Assembly (NCBI GenBank): GCA_013239625.1
Contig: MU053881.1
Span: 5,975,957-6,039,956, forward strand
DNA length: 64,000 nucleotides
Reading direction: 5' to 3'
Source: Lama guanicoe
Lineage: Eukaryota
Part shown: one piece after another, positions 12,193-25,100 of the stretch
How positions within the stretch are numbered: position 1 is the first letter of the stretch
Layout of the letters: every line of letters begins with the position of its first letter
Notes under the pieces: generated by a model
Database searches by the model: none
What the model was told of the DNA's origin: nothing
The model's input: the letters and a program-made list of their open reading frames with translations, nothing else
Translations under genes and position numbers: made by a program

Positions 12193-12637
12193 TGTATTGG
12201 TTCCTAGAGCTGCTGTAACAAATTTCCACAAACTGTTGGCTTAAAACAATAGGAATTTATTGTTACATCTTAGAGGCCAGAAGTCCAAAGTCAAGGTGTC
12301 AGCAGGGCTGCTCTGCCCCCAGGGTTCCCAGGGAACAATCCTTCCTTGCCCCCTCTAGCTTCTGGTGGTTGCCAACAATCCCTGGCATTCCTCGGCCAGT
12401 GAACACATCACTCCAATTTCTGCCTCCGCCTTCACATGGCTTTCTTCCCTCAGTGTGTGTCTGTGCCCAAATTTCCCTCTTCTTATAAGGTGACCAGTCA
12501 TGGGATTAGAGCCCATCCTCATCCAGTATGACCTCATCCATCTAACTTGATTGCATCTGCAGACTATTTCCAAAAAAGGTCACACTCACAGGTACCAAGG
12601 CTTAGGGCTCTTTGGGGTCCCAATACACCATCCATAA
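12193..12637 (-). mobile_element. MaLR solo LTR, MLT1B/C-like
   Basis: tgtattggttcctagagctgctgtaacaaatt...ggcttaaaacaataggaatttatt...ggccagaagtccaaagtcaaggtgtcagcagggc...catcctcatccagtatgacctcatc; sits inside a MIR-like segment. Confidence 0.85.
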
Positions 12638-13409
12638 AGTGCCTGGCCATGGAAGGTGCTCGGTAACTGGGGCTGGTGGGTGGGGAGATAGATACAGAGT
12701 GAGACAGGGGAGGAGGAAGGCTGTGTGCCCTCGGAGAGATGCATGTCTGCTCTGTGCCTCAGCCATCTTGCTTCCCTGGGGTGTGACGAGGATTATCTGA
12801 GCTAATGTCTGCCAAGGACTTGGTTCACAGAGACACTCAAGAACTATCAGTCCCCTCACTATAAAGAAACAGCGATGCCTTGAGGAATCCTTAGTGGTTA
12901 ATGTCCATGGTGGCTTTCTCTTGCGATGGGGAGGGAGGAGGAATGGGAATGCTGATGGTCAGGAGAGGGTACAGGGCACAAGTTGGTGTTTTTCAAAAGC
13001 CCCAAGGCCACAGAGGGAGAGGGCATGGTGAGCCGTTGTCCTTGGCGTTCACAGCCATCGGCCCCTGCAGGTTTGAGTTCACGGCCAGGCGCTGGCGTTC
13101 AAGAGCAGGGAACGGCAGCTGAGATGGGTCTGGCGGAATGTTCTGCATTGGAGTGATTGGAAGTGACGGGTGAGGCTGGGCCGGTAAGGAATGGGGCGAA
13201 GGAGCCAGCAGGCGGTCTGCAGGCTCTAGCTGTAGTGTATTAGTCCTGGGTCAGGGATGGGGTGGGGGTGGGGTCCTGAGGGGAGGAGGTGCTTCCCGTG
13301 GGAAGCAAGCAAGTGGGGACTCTAGGGTAAGACCCTGGAAGTCAGGGGACAGGCCAACAGAGTGGTAAGGAGAAAACATGGGCCATGGTGGTAGCTGGGC
13401 TGAACTCTT

Positions 13410-13520
13410 GGACGGCACAATTCTGTAGAATCCTCATGACTGCCAGGAGAAGAGGCTCCCATTATCCCCATTTTACAGAGCAGGAAACTGAGGCCCCGAG
13501 AGGGAAGGGACCAGCTCGAG
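13410..13520 (-). mobile_element. MIR SINE fragment
   Basis: attatccccattttacagagcaggaaactgaggc. Confidence 0.75.
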
Positions 13521-13619
13521 GTCGTCCTCCAGCCCCTCTTGTCTTCTCGTTTCTTCTCCACCATCGCAGCCTCCTGCGTCCTCTTTCCTCTCCATCTTTT
13601 CTTCTTCTTCCTTCACATC

Positions 13620-14077
13620 TGTGGTAACCGGAAACATGGCCCGTAAATGGGGCCACGCTGAAATCCTCAGAATCTGTGAAGACGATCTTAAATGGCAAAA
13701 GAGTCTTCACAGATATGATTAAGTTGAAAACCTAGAGATGGGTGGGTTATCCCAGGTTATCTGGATGGGCCTGAAATGGTTCCTTGTAAGAGGGCAGCAG
13801 GAGGGTCGGAGTTACATGAGCTGGAAACAGATCAGAGCTTCAAAAATGGAGGCAGGGGCCCCACACCGAAGAATACTGGTGCCACGAGAATCTGGGAAAT
13901 CAGGGAAGCAGATTCCCCATGGAAGCCCCGAGAAGGGACTAACCTTGCCCCCACCTTGATGTTAGCCCCCTGCACCTCATTTCAGACTTCTGACTCCATT
14001 GATATAAGAAAATGAATTTGTCTTGGTTTAATCCAGAGTTCGTGGTGACTTGTTAGAGCAGCAAGAGGAAGCGAACA
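13620..14077 (+). mobile_element. MaLR solo LTR, MLT1C/D-like
   Basis: tgtggtaa start; atggcaaaagagtcttcacagatatgattaagtt; end gtggtgacttgttagagcagcaagaggaa. Confidence 0.8.
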
Positions 14078-15884
14078 TGCATCCTTCCTCTGCCCGGCTC
14101 TCCTTTCCTCTCTCCTCTGTCTCCTGTCTCCTCCTCCACTTTCCACTCTTCCTGCTGGGCCCGCTCCTCTCCTCCAACTCCATCTCCTTCTCTTCCTTTT
14201 CCTTTTTCATCAACTTGTCCTGCTCCTCTTTCTCTACCTCCTATTCCTCTTCTTCTCCAACCCCCGCCACACAAAAGGGCAGATTTTTTAACACCTCTAG
14301 ATCGAGTTTGAATCCCAGCTCCATCGCTTGCCGGCTGTGTGACTCCGCACAAGTTCCTTTGCTTCTCTGATTCACAGTGTTCTCATCCGGAGGCAACGCC
14401 AACTCCCTGGCTTACTGCAGGAAGTTAGAAGAGATAACGGGGCAATGAAAACGAGGCATGGTGGCCACTTCATAGATGTGTGTTTCTCTGCATGTCCCCT
14501 CCTGCCCTGTGATCCACAGGGCCCCCACCTGGTGGGATGCTGACCTGCCCTGAACACTGAGACAGTCAGACACAGACATTCAAGCCACTGCCCTGGCTCT
14601 CTGCCGACCTGGGGTTAGGTGAAGGGAGGGCGTTGTCAGACAGACACGATGCCGCCCCTGCCCTGAATCGATCTCTTCCTCGGGGATCTTTGGCGGGGCC
14701 AGGTGGGGCGTGAGTGACAGTTTCCCGGGAGCGCTTGCTAAAGATACCCTCGCACCTGGGAAAATGACAGTTGGTCTTGGAGTTGTCAGGGCTCTCAGAC
14801 CCCAGGTGGGCAGGCCCACAGCAGCAGTGCGCTCTATAAGAAGATGACACGTAATTACCCTTTCTTCTCCACGACCAAGGGAGACCTCCCTCACCACCCC
14901 GTCCTGGGAAATCAAGCCTTGTCCCCCTGCGGCTGCCAATGCCCAGCAGTGTTCCAGTAAATTAGCCGACAGAAGGCAAGTCTCCGGTGGACTCATCAGA
15001 AGTTTGCCCATCTCTTGGACAAACTTCAGGAAGAGTATGCCTCCAGCTGCTCATCCTCTGATCACAGTCTAAGAGGCTGAATTATAAAGGCAATAATAAT
15101 AGTCTTTCTTTTGTTTTCCCATTATGTGCTGGCACTACTCAGAACGAATATCACGGATCCCATGTTCCAGCTGAGAAAGCCAGAAAATGATCAGCACAAG
15201 GTAACAAAGCTCATTCCATTGAAATGGCATCAACCACCACTGTTTCATTGCAGCAGTGCACTTGGGCATCCTGCCACGTGTCCAGGCTTCACAAGAAACG
15301 ATTCTATGGAACCGGTCAGTGAGTGGACTGAAGCGATATGGTTTAAAGGCATCATCTGCTTTTATTCCTCAGTGGGTTTGTCACCTGCCCCAGGTGACAA
15401 CTTTTCCTAAGAACTCTGTGCTGGGGAGAGTTTTGATTTTCTTGACAAGAGGGGATGCTTTTTCTTCATTGGCAGTGGCGAATTATATAAATATTTGTGT
15501 TTCCCTTTTTGCTCTAGCTGCCAGGAAGCACAGGAACACATTTATTTTACAGTTAAATCGGAGTCAGTGTGGCTTTTCAGACTTCATGTCCCAAATATCT
15601 TTCCCTTTCTCCTACATTGGTCTCCTGCTGGAATGGTCCTTTTGCTGATCCTGAAAGTTAGCTCATGATTTTTCTACCAGGAGTACTAGTCTACCACAGC
15701 CACTATCCAGAATAAGATGAAGTAAAAACAAACAACTATTCATTGATCACTGTTATCATCATTCATTAATTTCCATGCCTTCCAGGAGCTGGGTGTATTC
15801 TGATCAGGACAGGACTCAGTCTGATGGCCAAATCCCTCAGGCAAAAATTCACCTGAGGCTGTCAAAGCGTCCAGAAGCAGCACC

Positions 15885-16390
15885 AGCCAACAAACATTTA
15901 CTGAGCACCAACTATATGTCAAGCATTGTATTAGGTGCTAGAGACATGGGTAAATAAGACATAAAATGTCTGCTCCTTCACTGAGAGACGGATAATAACA
16001 AATACTTACATGACAGTATGATTTTACATGGTGACAAATACAAAAAGTAATAGGATGGAAAGAGAATCTGAAATGGGTGTACTTAGGGCAAGCTGCAGTC
16101 TCCCTCGAAGAGGTGACACTGAAGGTGAGATAGGAATGATAAGAAGGAGTAACTGTGAGAAAAGATCGGGAGGAAGAGCATTCCAGGCAGCAAGTGCAAA
16201 GGCCCTGAGGCCAGGACAAATCTAACAGATGTGTTAGAAGCAACTTGCAGAAGGAATGCAGGAGGTGAGTTCAGAGAAGGGGGCCAGGGGCATCACCAGC
16301 AGGATCTGAAGGGCCATGGCGAAGAGCTAAGCTTTCTCTAAATGCAAGGGAAAGCATTAGGTAGTTTTCAGCATGGAGTATAATATGAAC
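15885..16390 (-). mobile_element. LINE-2 3' region
   Basis: caacaaacatttactgagcaccaactatatgtcaagcattgtattaggtgctagagac...gcaagtgcaaaggccctgagg. Confidence 0.8.
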
Positions 16391-17010
16391 TTTTCCCTTC
16401 TCACTCACACAAATGAGTTTTACTTTCACTAAGTTGTTGGTTCACATTTGAGAAGCCAGTTGTCTCCTCAAATGATAACAGTTCTTCAATTTCCACATTT
16501 TCTTGGTGACACTGCCAAGACCACTCTCAGTCAGGTTTTTCTGAATAAGCTTTTTAGTATTTCTTCAAAAAAAAAAAAAAGGAAGGTGTCTAGAATATTA
16601 GTGAAACATTTATTTTTCCAAATAGAATATCATTGATATAGCCAACCAGAGCTTGTGAACCTGTAATTATGACTGTAACCCTGGCTGTCTGTTGAAGAAC
16701 CGTAATTTTAAGCTTATTGTCTTTTATTATTTCCTTTCTCAAATGACATTTTGGAGACAACTTTGCAACAGAATGAAGCCCGTTGGTAATTCCTGGGTAA
16801 TCATAACAATCACCACTATTTACTGAGCACTTACAAAGTGATGGCTATACTAGTAAACACTTTGCGAATACCATTTTATGTAATTCTCACCAGAACCCTC
16901 TCCCCATTTTAGAGATGTAGAAAGTGAGGCTTAAAGAAATGCTTTGATAAACATCACATCATTGTATGTAGTAATGATGTTAATTTAGCTTTTTTTAAAA
17001 GATGTATTCA

Positions 17011-17154
17011 TGGGAGGAGGGTATAGCTCAGTGGTAGAGCGTGTGCTTGGCATGCATGAGGTCCCAGGTTCAAACCCCAGTACCTCCATTAAAAAATAAA
17101 TTAATAAATGAATTAGCTTAATTTTCCCCCCAAATAAATAAAGTAAAATTTTAA
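17011..17154 (+). mobile_element. Young tRNA-derived SINE, camelid Vic-1-like
   Basis: gggaggagggtatagctcagtggtagag (A box), ggttcaaacccc (B box), A-rich tail; 14-bp TSD aaaagatgtattca (16997-17010) / aaaagatatattca (17155-17168). Confidence 0.9.
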
Positions 17155-18429
17155 AAAAGATATATTCAGCCCTCTCATGTGTCAGGCACTGTGCTAGGAT
17201 CTAGGGACCCAGAAGTGAACAAGAAAGACATGGTTTCTGCTCCCAATAAGCGCCTAGTCTAATGTGGGAATAGACTGGAAAATAGACAATGACTCTATAA
17301 GGTAATGAGAGGAGAAATAAAAAGCACAAGAGGTGTCCCGTGACTGGAACTCAGGGGTTAGGGAAGGCTCCCTGATTGACAAGACATGTAAAAAAAAAAA
17401 TTCTGGAAGATAAGACAGCCCCATTCTGGGAGCGCGAGTGCAGGAGCACCGTCCCTTCCAGAGTCACCACTCTCAATTCCTGGAGGAGGACCTCAAGTTC
17501 TGTCCCCATCACAGACAAAGGACAGCCAAAGAGGCTCCTGATGAATGAGTTGGAATTTGCTAGTTAAGGCAGTAGTTAGGAAAGAGATGAGGCATGGATG
17601 TTTGAGAGCCTGATGTGATTACAGACCTTTGAGTTAAATGTAACTGGAGTGTGGCAAGCAGAGGTTGAGAAGGAGAGTTCACTGAAGCTACTGCTTAATG
17701 TTAATTATTCCCACTTTCCGTGTAGCTCTTAAGAGACTGGTAATGAGTACAATCATCTTGTTTGAATCATTTTGTAGCAAAATGATTATATCACATATGA
17801 CACTTTACTACCAGTCAAACACATCAACTGGATCATGACAATTTGTTAAAATCTGCCCATACAAGAGCTGAACTTTGGTTGTATCTTGCTATTTGAATGA
17901 TTGATACCTTTCAACTGCATAAAACCAGGGTATTTATAGATAAATTATAAAACCAAATAAATTTAAGAAAAAAGATACCTTGGAGGCAGTGTATAATTTA
18001 CAGATAAGGAATTTTAGTGCCAAATAGTTAATTGGGCTTCCCAATAATCCAGGATAGAAATGATGGAGATCTAAATAAAGACAGTTGCAGACAGAGACAG
18101 GGAACATATTCAAGTAGTTTACATGAGTAATGAATATTCATACTTTTTAATATGCAGCTCTTCATTTGACTCTCTATTCTCCTCAGACAACCACCTTTTC
18201 CACCAACTAAAAGCATAGGGGATATAGAATGCATTTGACAAAGGATCTATATCCTTGATATATAAAGAGCTCTTACAAATCAATTACAAAAACAAGATAA
18301 ACAATAAGCTGGGGCATAAAATAAGCCTCAAACTTTCAAGTGCGCTTAAAGCATATAAAGAATGTCCTCTAAGAAACATAGCAAATATAAGAAAATATAC
18401 ACCATTGTAAAATAATACAATAGAATTGA

Positions 18430-19690
18430 GATAAAACCTGTCACTTACTACAATAATTGAGAATGAGCTTAACTCATCTTAGAAAAAGATTTAAAATGTG
18501 GCTCAAACAAAACAAGCTCAAATATATGCTGTAAAAAAGAGACACACAAAAAACAAAGAGATTCAGAAAGTCTAAAAACAGAGATGGACAAAAGTATACC
18601 TGGCAAGTGGAAATGAACAAAAAATCAGAGGAAATGATACTGACACCAGACAAAGCAGAATTCAAACAATAAAGCATTAAACATGACAACAAAGGACATT
18701 TCTTAACACTAAAAGCTTCAGTCTAAAATGAAGATACAACACACTGATATTTCTGCACTAAATAACACTGCGTTCATCTCCATGAAGCAAAAGCTAGAAA
18801 AGATTCAAGGAGATAAATATAAAAACATACTAATAATAGACTGTAAATTTACCACTCACAGTACAAGGGAGATGATGTGGGGGGGAAATGAAATAGAAGA
18901 GTTAAAACAATGTAATTAATCAGGCCGATCATACAGATAAGTTGAAGTCTATAGTCTGATAATAACATAAGTGCCCAAAACACATTCAGAAAAAAGTGGT
19001 CATAAAGGAAACATCAGTAACTTCCATAAGATAGAAATATTACAAACAACACTCTGCTCAAAATAAACTGTGATGCTGACAAAAACCATACAGGTCCTTC
19101 TACCTTGAAGTTTAAAAAATACCCTGTTAAATAACTTAATAAATTTAAAGTAAGTAAATTTACTTCCTAGGCAAAGAGGAAGTAAAAACTGAAAGTACAG
19201 ATATAAGAAAAACAAAATGACAATGAAGACACCCTGTATCAGAAATCTATGGGATTCAGTTAAGACAGTGATCAGAGGAAAACTCATTATTTTAACACTT
19301 TTATCAGTAAATATGAAAAAATAAAATAAATTAAATTCCCAGCTCAAAAAACCAGAGCAACAACATTAAGAACAAAGCAAACCAAAAGAAAGCAAAAAGA
19401 AGGAAATAATAGAGATGAAACCAGAGATTCAAGAAGAAAAGAACAGAGACCAGAGATTCAAGAAGAAAAGAACAGAGAAGAAAAGAACAGAGATCAAAAT
19501 CTTGGTTTGAAAAAGTTAACAAAAGAGACACAACACCAGCTAATTTAATTAAACATAAAATGAAGAAAGCACAAGTATACAAAATGTGAAATGACAAAGG
19601 GGTAATAACCATGGACATATCAAATTTTTAAACAATCATACGTAAATGCTTTGCAGCTTTTTATGCAAATAAAATTTGAAAATACAAATG
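18430..19690 (+). mobile_element. Degenerate LINE-1 (L1M) ORF2, endonuclease and downstream region
   Basis: A-rich; tatgctgt...agagacacac, gacaaagcagaattcaaa, gtatcagaaatctatgggattcagttaagacagtg match the L1 ORF2 N-terminal region; many stops. Confidence 0.8.
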
Positions 19691-19699
19691 TGAGTGAGA

Positions 19700-21095
19700 A
19701 CACAAATGCGTTCTAGACAATAAGAGTGAAGGTTTTCACTATAAAAAAGGGAAAGGCTAAAATGAAGAGTACAATGTTAGATTGCAATCTGAAGTATCTG
19801 TATATAAAGTCCTATTTTTAAATGGAGGATGGATGAGTGGATGGATGGATGGATGGATGACACATAGACAGCTAAGTAGACAGGTAATGTGAGTGTATGT
19901 GTGGGTTAGTAGTCCTGTCCACTAGAGGGCCTAGATGCAATGACACCCAAGTGGGATAATGAGCACACCTAGGAGCCAGATCTTGGTTTCTGAAGATCAT
20001 ACTGGGTGGGGGTGGGGGGTGGGGGAGTGGGAGGGAAGCGCCAAGCTTCCTTCGATAAGTGGTTGATCCAGGACTGAGAGAGGAAAAATATATAATGAGC
20101 CTGGAATATCTTTTGGTGACACAAAATTAAAAATATGTTAGTTGCTTTAAAGAACAGCAAGATCCAAACTTTTTAAAATGCCCAACACTGGAGCAAGGTG
20201 AAAAACAAATAAATAATGATAGAATTGAATTATAACCCATAGAATAAAATAAATATGCCTGAGTGCCTACTGATATGAGTAACTGATTAAATAAATAACA
20301 GAAGGAAGGCACAGTTCTGCCATACTGGATAATTCCAGTTAATAAACGTAGAAAGGAAAAAGGAAACAGAAAATTACCATTAGCTAAACAGCACAGTAAT
20401 AATTGTGTGGACTAAAGTCCACCTGTGGATGCTAAAATTAGTGGTGAAATCCTGGGACAAACAGAATTTGCGTAGTCTCAAAGTAGCGCCCCCAGCTATG
20501 TATTAACTACAAAGAAACAGATAGTGACTTTACAATGAAGAAATCTGGCAGAAATCACCTTAATCAAGTGATAAAGATCAATATCACCAGTAATAAGATA
20601 TATCAACATCATGAACTCCACGATACAATGACTCCAAAAAGACTCCAAACTCATCCTTGTGTATTCTTGCCAAAAATGCAAAACCTAAATACTATCATGA
20701 GAAAATATTTTAAAAATCCAAATTGAGGGACACCTGACCAAAAAAAAAAAAAGAAGATCAATCCCCTTGGGAAGCATTAAAGTCATGAAACAAAAGGAAA
20801 TATTGAGGAATTTCAGAAACTAAGAAGAGATAACAATTAAATGCAATGTGGGAACCTGGCTACTGACCCTGGAACAGAAAACTGAAGTTGACAGGAAAAC
20901 TGGAAGTAAAAGAACACGGTCTTTACTTAATAATATTAGACTAGTGTTAATTGCCTGGTTCTAATAATTGTACGATAGTTATGTAAAATGTTAACATTAG
21001 GGAAACTTGGATATAGAGTCTCTGTACACAAATTTCGTGATATTACTGTAAGCCTATAATTAGTTCAAAAGCAAAAATTAAAATAAATTAAAAAA
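19700..21095 (+). mobile_element. L1MC/L1MD-type 3' UTR
   Basis: gagcacacctaggagccagatcttggtttc; gtgactttacaatgaagaaatctggcagaaatcaccttaatcaagtgataaag; ends A-rich. Confidence 0.75.
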
Positions 21096-21097
21096 AC

Positions 21098-21990
21098 AAA
21101 GTATGTTCCCTGACCACAAAAGAATGAATAACAGAAAGACATCAGAAAAATCCCTAAGGACTTCTAAATTAAACACATTTCTAAGTGATTGAGAAGGAAA
21201 ACACAACATATCAAATTTTGTGGGATGCAACTAAAGCAGCAATTAAAGGGAAATTCATAGCATGAAATGTTATTAGAAAAAGAGGAGAAGTTCCAAATTA
21301 ATGATCTGAGTTTCCACTTTTAAAAAAACTAGAAAAAGAAGAACAAACTAAGTCCAATGTAAACAGAAAGAAATACTAAACAAAAGAGAAAAGTTAATCA
21401 AATAGAAAACAAAAGCAATAGAAGAAAATCAATGAAGCCAAAATATGGTTTTTGAAAGATCAGCAAAACGGACAAAGTTCTAGCCAGACTGAACAGGGGA
21501 AAAAAAAAAAAAACCAGAAGGGAAGGAAAGACACAATTACTAACATCAGGACTGAACGAGGGGACATCACTAAAGAACATAAAGATGCTAAAGGGATGAT
21601 AATGGAAGTCACGGAAACTTCTGACAACATGTGACACGGATGAATTTTAGATACATACATTGTAAGATAAAAAGTAAGCCTGGGATTTCTGGGACACTTT
21701 TTTTTATAAAATAAGGAAAACCGAACAACACATTGTCAATCCATACATATGTATGAACGCAAGGAAATGACATAGTTCAGCATCATATTCTGTCTTGACA
21801 GGAAGCAGGGAGACAGGATGAAAGAGAAGCACAGAGGGAAATGGAAGGTGGTGACACTGTTCGAGAGCTCCGAGTGAGGTGTCAGATTCATGATGTTTCT
21901 TGCAGAGTTAAAATAAATAAAATAAAGAGGACCACCCACCAACCAATAATGAGTATATTGTGAACCAAGAAGTTATGAGTCTAATCACAT
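21098..21990 (+). mobile_element. LINE-1 ORF2 and 3' fragments
   Basis: gtatgttccctgaccacaa, ttgtgggatgcaactaaagcag, aaaatcaatgaagccaaaatatggttttttgaaagatc-type L1 ORF2 words. Confidence 0.7.
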
Positions 21991-24744
21991 AGCCCTGAAA
22001 GTCAAAATGGAAATTGGAGCAAATGCTTAGCGCAACCTCTGGCGTATAGTAAGTCCTCGATAAAGCTGTCAGTATTGTTTCCATTCTCAGCCTGGCTGGC
22101 TCTAATTCCTCAGCCCAGATGTTGCCTCCTCCAGGAAGCCTTCTCTGCTCCTGCAGGTTAGGTCAGGCTCCCCCTAGAGTTTCCCAGCTCCCTGGACTGA
22201 CTCAGATGGTAACATTTCCCAGGCTATTGGGCAACAGGCTGTTTATTAGCTGGACTCTTCCACTAGGTCATGCAATCCCCATGGCAGTGGCTGTGCACAT
22301 CTGCAGCTCCAGCCCTCGGTGTCTGCCTGGCATCCAGCACGTTGTGTTCAAGAAGCAAGTGCAAGGCAGGTAAGACAAAGCCTGGACCCTGGAGCGGGGG
22401 ACCCTCGCAGAGGGACCGTGGCGGAATCACAGAGTTCTGGCTGGAGCAGCAGCAGACCAAAGATGGCTAGGGGCATCTGTCAGGATGAAGAAAATGAGGG
22501 GGTACATTTCCTGTAGGGAACTGAGAAGCTGTCATAAAACTGACTACAAGTCAATCTGCTTTTTATTATCACCATGTGAGGGCAATTCTAAACAATGTCA
22601 CTGATAAAACACTCCTCCCCACAAAAGAGAAAATTTTCTTGGTCTCAGTTCTAAACAATTATTGCAGTCATTGTGGAGTTTTAACAATAAGTGGATATGA
22701 AGTAAGCATCATATTAGCTCATTTATGCTTTAATTACTTACTCTTTAATAAACATTATATTCTACATGGAAGTTGATTTGAAGAATGCCCCCAGTGCAGC
22801 TATGTGGGTTCATTTTGAAACTGAAGTTCCTAAAGCTTCGGAATCACTCAGACTCATTTCCAGCAAGCCCGTGTCTCCATCCCTCACGACATTACATATT
22901 CCTGAGTTTAAGCAGTGATAGCAGAGGGGTTATAAGGATGCAAAACCAGAAAGCCAGCTGCTCCAATCCTGTCATTCTCTGCGACCACGGAGAGTTCAAA
23001 ATTAAAACATGAAACTAAGGGGGAAATGGTGAGATGGAAGTTTTTGTTTGTTTGTTAAATGCAAATTTTATTTTATACATGAATCTGTCGGCTGAATTTG
23101 CATGGTGTTTTTAGAAGTAAAATGTATTTTTTTGTTCACGATGAAAACTGAGAACTAAAACAGGAAAGCGATGAGTATTACTGATTATTATATAATTATT
23201 ACTGAAGGGAATCTTGAAATGCAGAGGAGGGGGGTGTTTAAAAATGATCTGCATCGGGTGCCCCTGGTGGGGACCCGCAGCCCAGAGTCCAGGACACAGT
23301 GGGGACGTGGGAGACCGAGGATGGACACAGAGCCAGGCCCTCAGAGATAGGACCTCACACCCGGTGAATCCCGCGTGGTGCCGCCCCTTACTCTGCTCCC
23401 TCTCATCACCCTCAACTATCTCTGGCTCTCATCACTTGAAAGTAAGCAGTTCTCAGCTCCCTCCTCCCTCATCCTTCGAAAGAGCCCCACCGTGGGATGG
23501 GTTCTGCTGCAAAGGCACTGCACCCCTTAGCACCTGTGCTGGCCCCTGCTGGCCCCAGCAGAAAGACAGGTCACCAGGAAACTGTGGCCCCAGTGGAGGG
23601 CAGGGTGGAGGTCAGCTCAGAGGTCAGGGTGCAGGGGCCCTGAAGCCAGTCAGCAACACCTGAGGGCCTCCCAGGGGGAGGGGCAGACGTGGGCTTGACA
23701 AGCATGTCAGGGGAGGGTCACTCAGGGTGATGTTCTCTGACCCCGTCCACGTGGCATCGAAGAGTCTGTCTGGGGCACCAACTTCTGCCCCTATCTCTTG
23801 TCACTGTGTCATCTTGAGTGCGTCACCTCTTGAGCTGAGTTCTATAACTGAAGAAAGGGCAAAGCAATGATTGCCATGATGCAGCGTTGTTGAGAGGACT
23901 AACGGAGCTCAGCCCAGGGGCTGGCATGAAGAAAGTCACCGGCAAATGGTAGATATATTTAGGATTTTTCATAAACACAAAAGTAGAGGCCCAGGGAGGG
24001 AGAAAGTCCTCTTCTAGATCACAGCGAGTTGATGACAATGCCGAGCCCAGAACCCAGGTGTCTGGACAGCAATCTGGTGCCTTTTTTACCACGGTCTCTG
24101 GTTAAAGATGTGTTCAGAGCCTTCCAGAACAGGACCTATGTCTGGCATCGTCCATCCTCAGAAGCTGATGGGGCAAGTCCTCTGAGCCACCCTCATCGCC
24201 CTTCCCCTGTAGCCTGATTTCCCATGCCGTCCCCTCCCCTCTTCAGACAAAGCTCTGCCCTGAAGTCACAGGGGTGTTTTCTGTGGGGAGAGAGGGAGAG
24301 AGAGGTGGGCGGGGTGGGTCATGAATGTGTATGGGAATGGGGTGAGGGTTGTATGTGTGACTTCAGAGGTTCAGGAGAGGACCCGAAAGCCACATTCATG
24401 GAGAGCCCGTTTATTGTAGAATGATGTAGCCCAGTTGACCCGGGGCCCAGATGCAGGGCCTTCACTCGAGGGGCAGGCTGGGTTCAGATAATGGCCAGGC
24501 TGTGAGGAAGCTGAGGTGGAACATTCCCAGGTCAGGTGGTTTCCTGGGCTGAAGCAGGCAGCCAGGACCAAAAGGTTCTGCCAGCGGAAGGAACCGAACC
24601 CTCACATCCTGACACCAGCCTGCCTGGTTGTCTGTTCCACCTCCCGTTCATCAGCCCCAGTGTGCTCCAGGCCCTGAGTGCAGCCTCTAGCAGATCAGAG
24701 ACCACTGAGCACATGCCAACCCCCATGCAGGATTTGTGGGGTAA

Positions 24745-25100
24745 TTATTCATTGAGCACCTACTGTGTGCTAAGTGCTGGAAATAAAGCAAGATTCCTGC
24801 CCCCATGGAGTGACCACACAGAGACACAGGGGCCTGGAAGGGCCTGGAATAGCCTGGCCTGGTCTGCACGGAACAGTCAGCCTGACGTGGGGTTGAGGGG
24901 ACAGAAACACAGAAAATGATTTCATGGACTCAAGAGAGTGGCGGCACCCAAGAAGGCAGGGGCAGCTCCCCCTTGGGGTCTGGGAAACATTGCCGTGGGC
25001 GTGCCTGTGAGGCAGGTTTGGGGAGGGAAGGCGGTGGGTGGGAACAGCATGTGCAAAGACAGGGTTAGGAGGAACGTGGCCTGCTGGGGGAGCCAGGAGG
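24745..25100 (-). mobile_element. LINE-2 3' region
   Basis: tattcattgagcacctactgtgtgctaagtgctgg...gggaacagcatgtgcaaag. Confidence 0.65.

Noticed and set aside
17012..17088. tRNA gene-like sequence
   Set aside because: A-rich tail and TSD show it is a SINE; same for 57253-57328.
20004..20035. G-quadruplex-like G tracts
   Set aside because: Inside an L1 3' UTR, where G-rich tracts are common; no further sign of function.
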